A stretch of 64,000 nucleotides of DNA from a virus (taxonomy: Duplodnaviria; Caudoviricetes), in the IMG/VR virus record IMGVR_UViG_3300037418_002260, positions 3,987 to 67,986 of that record; one strand, given 5' to 3'. The translations under genes and the position numbers were made by a program. The notes under the pieces were generated by a model, which did not search any database, was not told the DNA's origin, and worked only from the letters and a program-made list of their open reading frames with translations. Shown here piece after piece: positions 19,160-28,121 of this stretch. The first letter of the stretch is position 1, and each line of letters starts with the position of its first letter.

Positions 19160-19368
19160 CCGAACAGCAGCCTCATCGGGCCGGTCGGGCATTCGAGGCC
19201 GAGTTCGATCCTGAGCTGCTTGATGTACTGAGCGAGTCGGGGCGCCGAGGCGAGGTTGTAAAAGGCTTCCTCGCCGTTCGAGTCGCGGAAGCGCACCAGG
19301 CTCTTGCCGAGCATGAGCTGGTGGTATGCGGCCTCTGCTTCGTCAAGTTGTGCCTGAGTTGCCGCCAT
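19156..19368 (-). CDS. Head-to-tail joining protein gpW
   Basis: 70 aa, LDEAEAAYHQLMLGKSLVRFRDSNGE; lies between terminase and portal. Confidence 0.85.
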   Translation of the reverse strand: MAATQAQLDEAEAAYHQLMLGKSLVRFRDSNGEEAFYNLASAPRLAQYIKQLRIELGLECPTGPMRLLFG

Positions 19369-19441
19369 TCCCTCGCCCGCTCGAAAATCGGTGATCGTCT
19401 ATATGACACCGTATGGTGAGCAAATCAATAAATTAGTGAGT

Positions 19442-21649
19442 TCAGCCGAGCATCTCACCCAAATCCTCTATGGTTTGCTGCTTTTCCGGCGCCTGTCCGA
19501 CGACCGCCACGGTGGCGTCGGCAAGCTGCTCGAGGGGCGTGATGACCATGCTGTTCTTGTCCCAATCGGGGTCGGCCCACGATGGCGGCTTGGTCCAGTT
19601 GATATGCTCGAGGCGAATCTGGATGGTGAGGCAGATGCCGATGCAATAGGCCAAAAGGTCGAAGGCCTCGTTCTTGCGCCGGCTCGGGTTCTCCCACCCT
19701 TTCGCGGTGCGCACCTCGGTCGTCAGCTGAGTGTAGAGCCAGCCGATGTCGAGCGGCTTGTCGTCCGCGCCGAACCACACGGGGAAATGGACCTGACCGC
19801 CAGGCTCGGTGCGTCCGAGCATGTTACTGACGCGGTCCTTCACCTTGTTCGAGTTCACGAGATAGACGGGGACGTCACCTCGAGCGATCGCGAACCGACC
19901 CTTCTGCCCGCTGTCGGGGAACGTCCGGTGCATCTCCGGCGCGCTGGCGCTCGGCTGACCCTTCACCAGGTGGAACCGCTCATGCAGTCCGGTCAGAGGT
20001 CGCAGATTGGGCCGCTCGATTCCGCGCCGCAGCTTCCGCCAGAACTCGTAAGCGTTCGCGGTGACGCTGACCTTCGGCCCGTCCTTCTCGGTGTTCTTCT
20101 TCGCCATCGCTGATGCCGCGGCGCCGCCCGAGTCGCACGCTACGATCTTGACGGCCATCCGGCGACCGGAGCCATCAGCGAGCGGATAGGTGCGAGTCAG
20201 CACCTCCTCAATGAGGCAGTCCCAATCCTCGGGGTAGGAGGCGGGGTCGATGGGCTTGTGCTCGCCGTCATCGTCAAGGCGCTTCGACTTGCGGATCTTC
20301 CACATATCGACATGCCAAATGTCCGCCTTTGGCAGTTGCCCCTGCTCGAGTTGCTCCGGCGTGACGCCTGGACCGACGCCGAACGTGTGGCAGACGAACG
20401 ATGCCTTCTGAACGTCGATGGTCGTGACGAGGAACCCGACGCCGGGTGGAACCTCGCCCTTCTTCGAGTACGGCTGCGCGCGCTCCCGCAATTCTTCGGG
20501 GAGTCGTCCGGCCTCGGCCTGCTTCGGCGTGTACGGCAGACCCTGGTCGACGTTCACCGTCACCTTGAGGGCTTCTTCGCTGCCGGTGCGCTCGTACTCG
20601 TCGAGCGCGTTCAGATATTTCAGCACGAGCTCGGGCCAGCTGATGAACGCTGCGGCCACACCCTTGAGCCAGAAGCTCGCGATGTCCGACCGGCGCGGCG
20701 TCCCCGATACCGAGCCGTCCGCTTCCCAGGTCTGTCCTTCCTTAATCCATTTGCCGCCCTGATTGAGCTCGTGCTTCATCTCGGGCGGAATCGGGAAGCC
20801 GCAGCTAGGGCATTCCATGACGACCTGTTGCGCGGCCTCCATCGGGTCGGGCAACTGCGGATAGCGGAGCAGCTTGAAATCGCCCTCGAACGGGTCGTTG
20901 CACTGCGGACAGCGCCAGTACCAGCGGCGGCGATCACCGCGGTTGTACAGCGCGAGGATGCCGGTCGTCGGTGGTGCCTCGTGCGGAGTCGTCGGCATCC
21001 ACTTGGCGTTCGTCACCTCGCGGCCCGGCGAACTCTCGGCGACGGTCATGCCGAAGCGGCGATACGTCTGCGCGCGCTTCTTGGTCAGGTCGAACGGGTC
21101 GCCTTCCTTGTCGACGTTGTCCTCCATGCGGTCGCGGTCGAACAGCCACAGCTTCCGGATGGTTTTGCCGGACAACTCGCTGATGGTCGGCCACTTGATG
21201 AGCAGCCGCATCCCGCTGAGGAATCGCTTGTCGTGGACGTTGTCGTTCTGCCGACCGGGAACGAGCCGCTTCTTGACCTCCGGCGAATAGCGCAGCATCC
21301 GCGCCAGGTCGCCCTGAGACCAGTCGCGTGCCGTGTTCTGCGTCATGTTCACAAACATCATATCGGCAGGGTCGCAGATGGTCGTGTAGGCGAGCCAGTT
21401 CAGGGCCATCACGGATTTGCCCGAACGCGCAGGGCCGGCGAGTATCTCGCCCGTGAACTCGAGGCTCTCCAGCTCATCCATCGGTTCGATGAGATAGGGC
21501 GTGCGCTCGAGCGAGAATGGGCCGACATGCGTGCCAGGGTTATTGACGATGTGATATTTCTCGGCAGCCTGGCTGACGGTCAGGCGCTCGGGCGGGCGCA
21601 CGGCCTCCGCCGACGCAACAACCATGTCCTCGATACAGGCGAAGCTCAT
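19442..21649 (-). CDS. terL: Terminase large subunit (lambda GpA family)
   Basis: RPPERLTVSQAAE, TPYLIEPMD, GPARSGKS Walker A, SSP, GDRRRWYWRCPQC, TIDVQ, NEAFDL. Start set at ATG 21649, which overlaps the upstream stop. Confidence 0.93.
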   Translation of the reverse strand: MSFACIEDMVVASAEAVRPPERLTVSQAAEKYHIVNNPGTHVGPFSLERTPYLIEPMDELESLEFTGEILAGPARSGKSVMALNWLAYTTICDPADMMFVNMTQNTARDWSQGDLARMLRYSPEVKKRLVPGRQNDNVHDKRFLSGMRLLIKWPTISELSGKTIRKLWLFDRDRMEDNVDKEGDPFDLTKKRAQTYRRFGMTVAESSPGREVTNAKWMPTTPHEAPPTTGILALYNRGDRRRWYWRCPQCNDPFEGDFKLLRYPQLPDPMEAAQQVVMECPSCGFPIPPEMKHELNQGGKWIKEGQTWEADGSVSGTPRRSDIASFWLKGVAAAFISWPELVLKYLNALDEYERTGSEEALKVTVNVDQGLPYTPKQAEAGRLPEELRERAQPYSKKGEVPPGVGFLVTTIDVQKASFVCHTFGVGPGVTPEQLEQGQLPKADIWHVDMWKIRKSKRLDDDGEHKPIDPASYPEDWDCLIEEVLTRTYPLADGSGRRMAVKIVACDSGGAAASAMAKKNTEKDGPKVSVTANAYEFWRKLRRGIERPNLRPLTGLHERFHLVKGQPSASAPEMHRTFPDSGQKGRFAIARGDVPVYLVNSNKVKDRVSNMLGRTEPGGQVHFPVWFGADDKPLDIGWLYTQLTTEVRTAKGWENPSRRKNEAFDLLAYCIGICLTIQIRLEHINWTKPPSWADPDWDKNSMVITPLEQLADATVAVVGQAPEKQQTIEDLGEMLG

Positions 21650-22161
21650 GCCGCTAGACTCCACCGTAGGGCGTTGCGGAAAGGTTGTAGGTCGTTCGCG
21701 GCGGCTTCTTTCAGCGCCTGACTGCGCAGGATCCGCGCGTACCTGTGCTTGGGTTCGGTCGGATGCTTGTCCTCCCGCGGCCGAGAAGGACAATCCCAAC
21801 TGCCGCCCGCCGTCGTCGCCTCGAGATGCCAGCCAGCGCCGCGGAGGCTCTCGCCGCTCTCGCTCTCGAGGATGTAGGTGACGATCTTCCGATAGCCGAG
21901 TTCCTTGGCAGCTCGAGCTGCCGCACCGTACAGGAACGAGCAGGCATTGCGCGTGCCATCGGTGCAGAGCCGCGTCACCTCGGCGGTGAAGCCGTCATCG
22001 AGTCCCCGAGCGACCGGACGCCCGACGATGCAGACGCCGACCCGCTTGCCCTCTTTCTCGGCGGAGAGGGCGAACTTGCAGCCGCGGGACTCGCCGTGGT
22101 GACGGTGAAGCTCGCCGACAAAGGCGTTCGCTTCACGCAGGACGATTGGAACGAGTTCCAT
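21646..22161 (-). CDS. XF1762-family / Mom-like GNAT-fold putative DNA-modification protein
   Basis: LREANAFV..LHRHH, VGVCIVGRPVARGLDDG.TAEVTRLCTDGTRNACSFLYGAA..AA..LGYRKIVTY. Confidence 0.8.
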   Translation of the reverse strand: MELVPIVLREANAFVGELHRHHGESRGCKFALSAEKEGKRVGVCIVGRPVARGLDDGFTAEVTRLCTDGTRNACSFLYGAAARAAKELGYRKIVTYILESESGESLRGAGWHLEATTAGGSWDCPSRPREDKHPTEPKHRYARILRSQALKEAAANDLQPFRNALRWSLAA

Positions 22162-23558
22162 CAGAGGATGACCGACAGCGCGAGCACCTGGCGTGCGGCC
22201 CGCTTGTTCGGCACCATAGCTGAGGCGATGCGCCGTTTAGCGATCGTCACATATTCCGGATTGAGCTCGCAGCCGATGTAGTTCCTGCCGAGCGCCTCGG
22301 CGACGAGTCCTGTCGTGCCGGCGCCGAAGAACGGGTCGAGCACGACCGGCTTCACGACTCGCGCGTTGCACTCGCAACTCGGTTTCCAGCCCACTGTCAC
22401 TCGCACAGCGCCGATGTTTTTCATGTCGCGGTCGTCGCGGTTGGCGGCGCCATCCTCCCAATCGCGGTTCGAGCCTTGGCCGCGGAAAGCGTTCTTGCCT
22501 CCTCGCCCGTTTTCGATGTTCCGGCGCTCGGTGACGCGACGCCAGGGCGCTCCACACTTGCCGCAGACGCCGTGCTCGGATGTTCCGGCGAGGATGCAAG
22601 GCTCGACGAGGTCGGTCGGGAAGGTCGCGAAATGCGCCTCCTTGAATGGCTTGGTCGAGACCCTCCAGACGCTGCGCTTGTTGCGCGTGCCGGACGCAAA
22701 ATCGCCCGCGGGCTTGATGTTGCCGTTGGTCTTGCGGCCACCGTTGGCGCGCGACGATCCCAACTGGTTCTCGAGGTTCGGCTGCTGAACCCGAGCCAAG
22801 CTGGACTCGGCCATCGGCTCCTTGACGGCTTCCTGGTCGTAGAAATAGCGCGGCGACTTGGTCAGCAGGAACAGGTACTCGTGCGCCTTAGTGCAGCGGT
22901 CGCCGACCGATTCGGGCATCGGGTTCGGCTTGTCCCAAATGATGTCCTGCCGCAGATACCAGCCGTCGCCGCGGAGAGCGATCGCCAGCATCGCGGGGAT
23001 CATCAGCAGGTCCTTCTTCTTGTAGCCGCACTCGCGGAAATCCCATGTTTTCATCTGCGGCGGCGACTTGATGTGCTGATAGGTGCCGCGGCCTGAGAGG
23101 TTCGACTTGTCAGCGCCGCCAGGGCCTTTCGGGTCGGTCGCGTAGCTATCGCCTATGTTCAGCCAAAGTGTGCCGTCCGGCCGGAGCACGCGCCGCACCT
23201 CGCGGAACAGCGCCACCATGTTCGCGACATATTCCTCCGGCGTCGGCTCCATGCCGAGTTGCAGGTCCTCCCGCAGCGCGCCGCACTTGCCGCATTGGTT
23301 CTTGAACCGGACGACCTTTTCCTCCGCGCCCGCCTTGTGACCGCCGCCCTTGAGGTTCTCGCTGAATGCGGCGAGTCCGTCGCCCGTCCGGATGCGATGC
23401 GAGACATGGTCGCAATCAGGGTCGCCGCCGTGCCATGTGCCTGTGCCGTAGTCGCGCAGCCCGTAGTAGGGTGGCGAGGTGACGACGCAGTGGACGCTGT
23501 TATCCGGAAGCTCGCACAGACGCTCGAGCGAGTTCCCTTGCAGGATAAGGCCCGTCAT
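22161..23558 (-). CDS. Beta-class DNA amino-methyltransferase (N4-C / N6-A; N6_N4_Mtase) with Cys-rich insertions
   Basis: TSPPYY (motif IV) near the N-terminus, VLDPFFGAGTT (motif I) near the C-terminus; two CGKCG inserts. Confidence 0.9.
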   Translation of the reverse strand: MTGLILQGNSLERLCELPDNSVHCVVTSPPYYGLRDYGTGTWHGGDPDCDHVSHRIRTGDGLAAFSENLKGGGHKAGAEEKVVRFKNQCGKCGALREDLQLGMEPTPEEYVANMVALFREVRRVLRPDGTLWLNIGDSYATDPKGPGGADKSNLSGRGTYQHIKSPPQMKTWDFRECGYKKKDLLMIPAMLAIALRGDGWYLRQDIIWDKPNPMPESVGDRCTKAHEYLFLLTKSPRYFYDQEAVKEPMAESSLARVQQPNLENQLGSSRANGGRKTNGNIKPAGDFASGTRNKRSVWRVSTKPFKEAHFATFPTDLVEPCILAGTSEHGVCGKCGAPWRRVTERRNIENGRGGKNAFRGQGSNRDWEDGAANRDDRDMKNIGAVRVTVGWKPSCECNARVVKPVVLDPFFGAGTTGLVAEALGRNYIGCELNPEYVTIAKRRIASAMVPNKRAARQVLALSVIL

Positions 23559-24256
23559 CCTTCGGCATCGCTCTCGTCAGCCGCGCCCTCCTCGAACTTG
23601 TCGGCGTAGCTCCCCGTCTGTTTGTTCGAGGGCATCGCGACCAGCTTCTCGTGCAGTTCCTTCTGGAGGTCGTCGGCCAGTTGCTTGAGCCTAGTGACTT
23701 GGTCGTCCGGAAGCCGGAGGGTTTCGCGTGCGGTCTCAGGCCACAGCTGGACGGCGTCCTTGACGAGCATGAACACTGTGCCGAACACCTCTAGGACGTC
23801 CTCGGTGAGCCAGGCCTGTTTCGCCTCGAGCATGAACTTGAGCTTCGTCCGCTGCGCTTCCCAAAAGAACTTGTTGATGTGATTCGGGAGCTTCGCGGGG
23901 TCGAGCGACTTGATGTAGGCGTCGAGGTCGATCTTCGGTTCGACCAGATACGCGACCGCCTCCTTGAAATCGTACAGCTTTCGCGTCTGCTTGCCTGAAC
24001 CGGCCTCACCGACTGGCTTCACAGTGAGCAGCCGCTTCTTGACGGTTGCAGGGTCCATGTCGAACACGAGGGCGAGGAAATTCTGCGTCACGGGCCGCTT
24101 GAGGTCGCCCATGTCGACGAAACTGCCCTTGCCGCCCGCGACCTGTTTCAACACCTGGTCGATTTCGTCCTGCGGCGTGTCCTCGCGCCGCGGCTCCGGC
24201 TTCAACTGCGAGCCGTGTCCACCGATGAGCGCTGCAATATCATCGTCGTCGCTCAT
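23555..24256 (-). CDS. terS: Terminase small subunit (DUF1441 / Nu1-like)
   Basis: wHTH-like segment (FLALVFDMDPATVKKRL...LYDFKEAVAYLVEP), then FWEAQRTKLKF..EAKQAW.TEDV. Start MSDDDDIAALIG at 24256. Confidence 0.75.
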   Translation of the reverse strand: MSDDDDIAALIGGHGSQLKPEPRREDTPQDEIDQVLKQVAGGKGSFVDMGDLKRPVTQNFLALVFDMDPATVKKRLLTVKPVGEAGSGKQTRKLYDFKEAVAYLVEPKIDLDAYIKSLDPAKLPNHINKFFWEAQRTKLKFMLEAKQAWLTEDVLEVFGTVFMLVKDAVQLWPETARETLRLPDDQVTRLKQLADDLQKELHEKLVAMPSNKQTGSYADKFEEGAADESDAEG

Positions 24257-26121
24257 CAACCGATCAACTCCCTGAATGGCTCGAGCTGGAGCCACTGCCT
24301 GATTCGTCCGCCAATCCATGCCATGCAGTTGCGGGCCATCGAGTTGCCGCACTGCTTGTAGCGATGGCTGTCCGAGGACATGAGCCACCAGCCAGGGCGG
24401 TTATTCGGCCCGAAGCCGACCTCCCACATATCGTCCGGCCTAAGCGCAGAGACTTGCTTGGTAGTGAAAAACTTGACGGGGATCCGCGTCCAGTTGTCGG
24501 GAAACCCCTGCAACCGCTCGCACTCGACGGGCATGAGTCGACGCACGGCCATGTGGCTGATGATGGAGGGCGGATGCCCTGCCGCAGCGAGCGGATGGCA
24601 AGGGTCGCCCGGCTGCGGATTGCTGCGGTTCTCCGGATGAGTGATTTGCGTCGTGTCGAATGGGATGACCTCGTGGCCAACCGCCTGAGCCGTGCGCCTG
24701 GCCTCGAGGGTGTATGCGACGTCCTCGCGAACCCCGATGCCGTCAGGCCCTGCGTCAGGGTTCTCGCAGATGGCCCGCTCCTGAATCGCGTAGGCAACAG
24801 ACGGCGCCCCGCTGACGTCCAGTGTCGGAGAAATGTGCTCGTCGATGCCGATGCCGTTGGCGCCGGTCTGAGCGGTGCGCATACTGTACGCCACCGCGGG
24901 ATGCTGGCTGACCTGTATCGGCCCTGTCGCCTCATCGGTGACGGCGAGACCGTCCTCGGCGTTTCCGTAGCCGCCACCGTTCTGCCAGTTGAAGCCGACC
25001 GACCGCTCGTAAGCCACGGCGGGCATGACGCCTCCGTTGGCATGGCTGCCGGTGTGTCCACCCGCGCGCAGGGTCGGCGACAAATCCTCGGTCGCGTCCT
25101 GGCCGTGGTCCTTCGCCGTGAAGGCGATCGGGTTGATGATGAGGTCGGTCGCGTCCTTGTAATCGCGCGCCTTCATCGTCGAGGCAGTCTCGTCGATTTC
25201 ATAATGGCCGAACCCCAACATTCGGGCGCCAACAGGTTGTGAACTCAACCGATTAGTGAGTCGAGGTCCGGCGTCAGGGACGAGATAGGCTCCGCGCTGG
25301 CTGAACAGCTCTTGATTGCTGTAGCCGACCACCCCTGAGCCTCCGTTTGATTGGTTGAGGGTTGGGTGGGGATATTCGTCGCCGTCCCAATGGGAGCTTG
25401 CAGCGACTTTTCCACCACTGACGTCAGCGCGTCCTTGAGCAGAGGCGGCAGGGTTTTGTTGCGCCTGTCGGCTCGGAGGAGAATCCCTGCGCACGCCGTC
25501 GAACTCAAGTAGTATCTCTCCGGGATCGAATCCGTCACGAGCACTCGCGACAACGAACACACGCTTGCGTCGTTGGGCCAAGCCGAAAAATTGGGCGTCG
25601 AGTACCCGCCACGCGATTGCTCTTTGGGGTCCAACGACAATACCAGCGTCCGGCCATCTTTTCCCTGGTGGCTCGAGCGCCGAATCTTCTCCGGCAAGAG
25701 CTGCAAGGAAATTGCCGAACGCATTGTCGCCCATCGACAGGACGCCGGGGACGTTTTCCCACACTGCGATGCACTCAGGCTCTCCGGCCTCTCGGCGAGC
25801 GTCGTCGATTGCATCAAGAATCTCCACATAACTGAGGGTGAGCTGGCCGCGCGGATCTGCGAGACCTCCGCGGCGACCGGCGACCGAGAAGCCCTGACAA
25901 GGCGTTCCGCCGACGAGGACGTCCGGCGCATCGACGACGCGCGCTTCGATCATCGTCGCAATGCCCGTCATGTCGCCGAGATTCGGCACGTTGGGGAACC
26001 GATAAGCGAGAACGGCTGAGGCGTGGGCGTCGATTTCCGACAGCCATGCAGCGCGCCAACCGAGGGGATGCCATGCTACGCTCGCGGCTTCGATGCCGGA
26101 GCAAACCGAGCCGAACCTCAT
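24256..26121 (-). CDS. C5 cytosine DNA methyltransferase with long repeat-containing variable region
   Basis: FGSVCSGIEA (I), GGTPCQGFS (IV), WENVPG (VI), AQRRKRVF (VIII), RRLMPVECERLQGFPD and RYKQCGNS (C-terminal motifs). Confidence 0.93.
   Translation of the reverse strand: MRFGSVCSGIEAASVAWHPLGWRAAWLSEIDAHASAVLAYRFPNVPNLGDMTGIATMIEARVVDAPDVLVGGTPCQGFSVAGRRGGLADPRGQLTLSYVEILDAIDDARREAGEPECIAVWENVPGVLSMGDNAFGNFLAALAGEDSALEPPGKRWPDAGIVVGPQRAIAWRVLDAQFFGLAQRRKRVFVVASARDGFDPGEILLEFDGVRRDSPPSRQAQQNPAASAQGRADVSGGKVAASSHWDGDEYPHPTLNQSNGGSGVVGYSNQELFSQRGAYLVPDAGPRLTNRLSSQPVGARMLGFGHYEIDETASTMKARDYKDATDLIINPIAFTAKDHGQDATEDLSPTLRAGGHTGSHANGGVMPAVAYERSVGFNWQNGGGYGNAEDGLAVTDEATGPIQVSQHPAVAYSMRTAQTGANGIGIDEHISPTLDVSGAPSVAYAIQERAICENPDAGPDGIGVREDVAYTLEARRTAQAVGHEVIPFDTTQITHPENRSNPQPGDPCHPLAAAGHPPSIISHMAVRRLMPVECERLQGFPDNWTRIPVKFFTTKQVSALRPDDMWEVGFGPNNRPGWWLMSSDSHRYKQCGNSMARNCMAWIGGRIRQWLQLEPFRELIG
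25245..25931 (-). CDS. Nested alternative-frame ORF, probable beta subunit of the C5 methyltransferase (start uncertain)
   Basis: Same strand, different frame, wholly inside 24256-26121. Contains STPNFSAWPNDASVCSLSRVL...IPERYYLSSTACAGILLRADRRNKTLPPLLKDAL and ends DLDSLIG. Confidence 0.7.
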   Translation of the reverse strand: MRRTSSSAERLVRASRSPVAAEVSQIRAASSPSVMWRFLMQSTTLAERPESLSASQCGKTSPASCRWATMRSAISLQLLPEKIRRSSHQGKDGRTLVLSLDPKEQSRGGYSTPNFSAWPNDASVCSLSRVLVTDSIPERYYLSSTACAGILLRADRRNKTLPPLLKDALTSVVEKSLQAPIGTATNIPTQPSTNQTEAQGWSATAIKSCSASAEPISSLTPDLDSLIG

Positions 26122-26360
26122 CCGATCAGTCCGAACTCGTCGTCGTTAATAGGCGCGCCGGCCAGCTCCTCGGCTTGCCAGCGGCGGACGTCGCTCGACA
26201 ACCAGAAGCGCCGACTCGAGTTGCGGTAGCTCCTCGAGGATGGAAATGTTTTGTCCTTCTGACGCCGATAGATTTCCGACCGCGATAGGCCGACCTTCTG
26301 CATGACCGTGTCCAACGGCCAAAACTCGACGTCCTCTGATAGCAATTGCTGCGCGGTCAT
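26118..26360 (-). CDS. alpA: AlpA-family excisionase / transcription regulator
   Basis: LDTVMQKVGLSRSEIYRRQKDKTFPSS...FWLSSDVRRW; adjacent to the integrase. Confidence 0.85.
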   Translation of the reverse strand: MTAQQLLSEDVEFWPLDTVMQKVGLSRSEIYRRQKDKTFPSSRSYRNSSRRFWLSSDVRRWQAEELAGAPINDDEFGLIG

Positions 26361-26540
26361 CCGGCCCCGTCCCAAATCAACTAATTAGGGTTCTACTCAA
26401 CTAAAAGTTGATTTGCAACCCCGCAGTTGATAGGAGGGTGAGACCGCATGGGACGCGCTTGGACGCGCCCGTAAGGCAACAATGGAGATGTGTTATGCTC
26501 GCGCGCTAAGGCCTCGGCCCACATCAGAACCAGAGCACGG

Positions 26541-26573
26541 CCCCGCCAGGTAACCCCTCGGCGGGGCTTTTTC
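26541..26573 (+). terminator. Rho-independent terminator on the + strand, facing the 3' end of int
   Basis: GCCCCGCC-N12-GGCGGGGC followed by TTTTTC. Confidence 0.6.
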
Positions 26574-27800
26574 TTATCCGATGATTCGGGCCAGCTCGAG
26601 CTGCTCGTCGAGGTAGTTGGCCCACCATTGCAGCAGACGACGACGCTGCGGCAGATACTCGGCTGCATTATAGGCAGCTCTCACCTGGTCGTCGGGAACG
26701 TGCGCTAGACAGCGTTCGACCCAATCCGGATGCCACATCGGCACCTCCTCGCCATCGACGACCTTCGTGGCCTCGTTGGCGTGCGTCGAGAAGGTCGAGC
26801 GAAATCCGTGGACAGTCGCGCGGCTCCGGTAGCCGAGTCGGTACATGGCGAACAACATCGTGTTTTCGCTGATGACGCCGCTGCGGGTTCGCCGCTCGAA
26901 CAGGAGGCTGTCGCCCTTCCGCATCGAAGCGAGGCGCCGGCGCACCAGTTCGTCGGCCTGACGGGACAGAGGCACCAGGTGCTCGCGGTGCTTTTTCATT
27001 CGCGCCGCGGGGATCCGCCACAGGGCGGAGTCCGTCCCGAGCGCCTCGAACTCCCCTTTCTCGGCGAACCGAATCTCGCTGGTGCGTCCGACCGTCAGGA
27101 TGGTCAGCAGCATCGCGTCGACCGTGTCCGGCTCATCGTCGATGTCGGTGGTCAGCTTGTCTAGGAAGGCGCCCATTTTCTCCGCGCGGATGAAGGCGTG
27201 ATGCTTCACTGGCGGCTTCTTCTTGAGGGCGCCGCGGATGTCGCCGCTCGGGTCGCGGACCTTGAGGCCCTCGGCGACCGCGAAGCGGAATATAGTGCCG
27301 CAAATTGCGTTCATCCGCCGCGGGAGCTCACCGGAACCTGCGGCCTCGATTTTCCGGATGACCTTGAGCAGATCGGTCGCCTCGAGCGTGCGGATGTCCC
27401 GATGTCCGATGTCCGGAAATATCAGGCGATCGAGCCGACGCTCGAGCACGTTGTAGTTGTGCTCGGACCAGTGGCCTCTGTTCGACGTCAGCCATCGCGT
27501 TGCCACTGACTTGAAGGAGGTCGCGTCCTCGGACGCCTTGCCTTTGCGCTCCTTCACGGGGTCGACGCCAGCTGCAATCAGCTTGCGCGCGTCGTCGCGC
27601 TTGGTTCGCGCATCGCCAAGCTCGACGTCCGGATAGACGCCCAGGCTCATCGTCCTGCGCTTCTCGGCGAGCGTAAAATCCAGCCGCCACCACTTTGCCC
27701 CGTCCGGCTGGACGAGGAGGTAGAGGCCCCGCTCGTCGCTCATGCGGTACGGCTTGGCTTCGGGCTTCGCCTTCCTGACCGCCGTGTCTGACAACGCCAT
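26574..27800 (-). CDS. int: Tyrosine integrase, P4-like, with N-terminal arm-binding domain
   Basis: MALSDTAVRKAKP..KPY.MSDERGLYLLV.P.G.KWWR; catalytic RTSE, HGFRS, LAH and AYN..Y. Confidence 0.95.
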   Translation of the reverse strand: MALSDTAVRKAKPEAKPYRMSDERGLYLLVQPDGAKWWRLDFTLAEKRRTMSLGVYPDVELGDARTKRDDARKLIAAGVDPVKERKGKASEDATSFKSVATRWLTSNRGHWSEHNYNVLERRLDRLIFPDIGHRDIRTLEATDLLKVIRKIEAAGSGELPRRMNAICGTIFRFAVAEGLKVRDPSGDIRGALKKKPPVKHHAFIRAEKMGAFLDKLTTDIDDEPDTVDAMLLTILTVGRTSEIRFAEKGEFEALGTDSALWRIPAARMKKHREHLVPLSRQADELVRRRLASMRKGDSLLFERRTRSGVISENTMLFAMYRLGYRSRATVHGFRSTFSTHANEATKVVDGEEVPMWHPDWVERCLAHVPDDQVRAAYNAAEYLPQRRRLLQWWANYLDEQLELARIIG

Positions 27801-27801
27801 A

Positions 27802-28075
27802 CAGTAACTCCCGACCGGAACACACAGTTACTGCCGATTTTGCTGCACGGCAACCGGGATTGCATGAGAAGGCATGGGACGCCTGGGGACTGATTTCCTC
27901 TAAGGGTCTCAGTCGGTTGGGTCATGTCTGGTGAGACACTATGGGACGCTATGGGACGGCATGGGAAAATTACCGTCTGGTGCCCAGGAGAGGACTCTAC
28001 GATTTGGCCCTAAGTAATTGGGGCGATTAGACATTTAGCCTAACCGCCCCGTTGAGTTACTGCATTTCTTACTGC
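27802..28075. promoter_or_regulatory. Putative integrase arm-type sites (AGTTACTG/TTACTGC) flanking attP
   Basis: Copies at 27802-27809 (inverted), 27826-27834, 28055-28063 and 28069-28075, on both sides of the att core. Confidence 0.5.
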
Positions 28076-28121
28076 AACCAAGCTGAGAAAGCATGGGACA
28101 GCATGGGAAGCCTATGGACGC
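27863..28121 (+). repeat. Three arrays of 10-bp-phased CATGGGAC-type direct repeats around attP
   Basis: 27863-27892, 27930-27969 (GGTGAGACAC TATGGGACGC TATGGGACGG CATGGGAAAA) and 28082-28121. Confidence 0.8.
27978..27997 (-). mobile_element. attP core, identical in form to the 3' end of a tRNA (tRNA-Leu-like)
   Basis: Minus strand GAGTCCTCTCCTGGGCACCA is the T-arm 3' strand, acceptor stem and CCA. It lies 180 bp upstream of int and no remainder of the tRNA is present. Confidence 0.8.

Noticed and set aside
23555-24388. Longer N-terminal extensions given by the ORF track (terS to 24388, terL to 21799, portal to 19192)
   Set aside because: Internal ATGs at 24256, 21649 and 19159 overlap the upstream stop codons (translational coupling). 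The extensions run through other genes.
27978-27997. tRNA gene
   Set aside because: Only the 3' 20 nt are present, with no D-arm or anticodon arm. Interpreted as the attP core.
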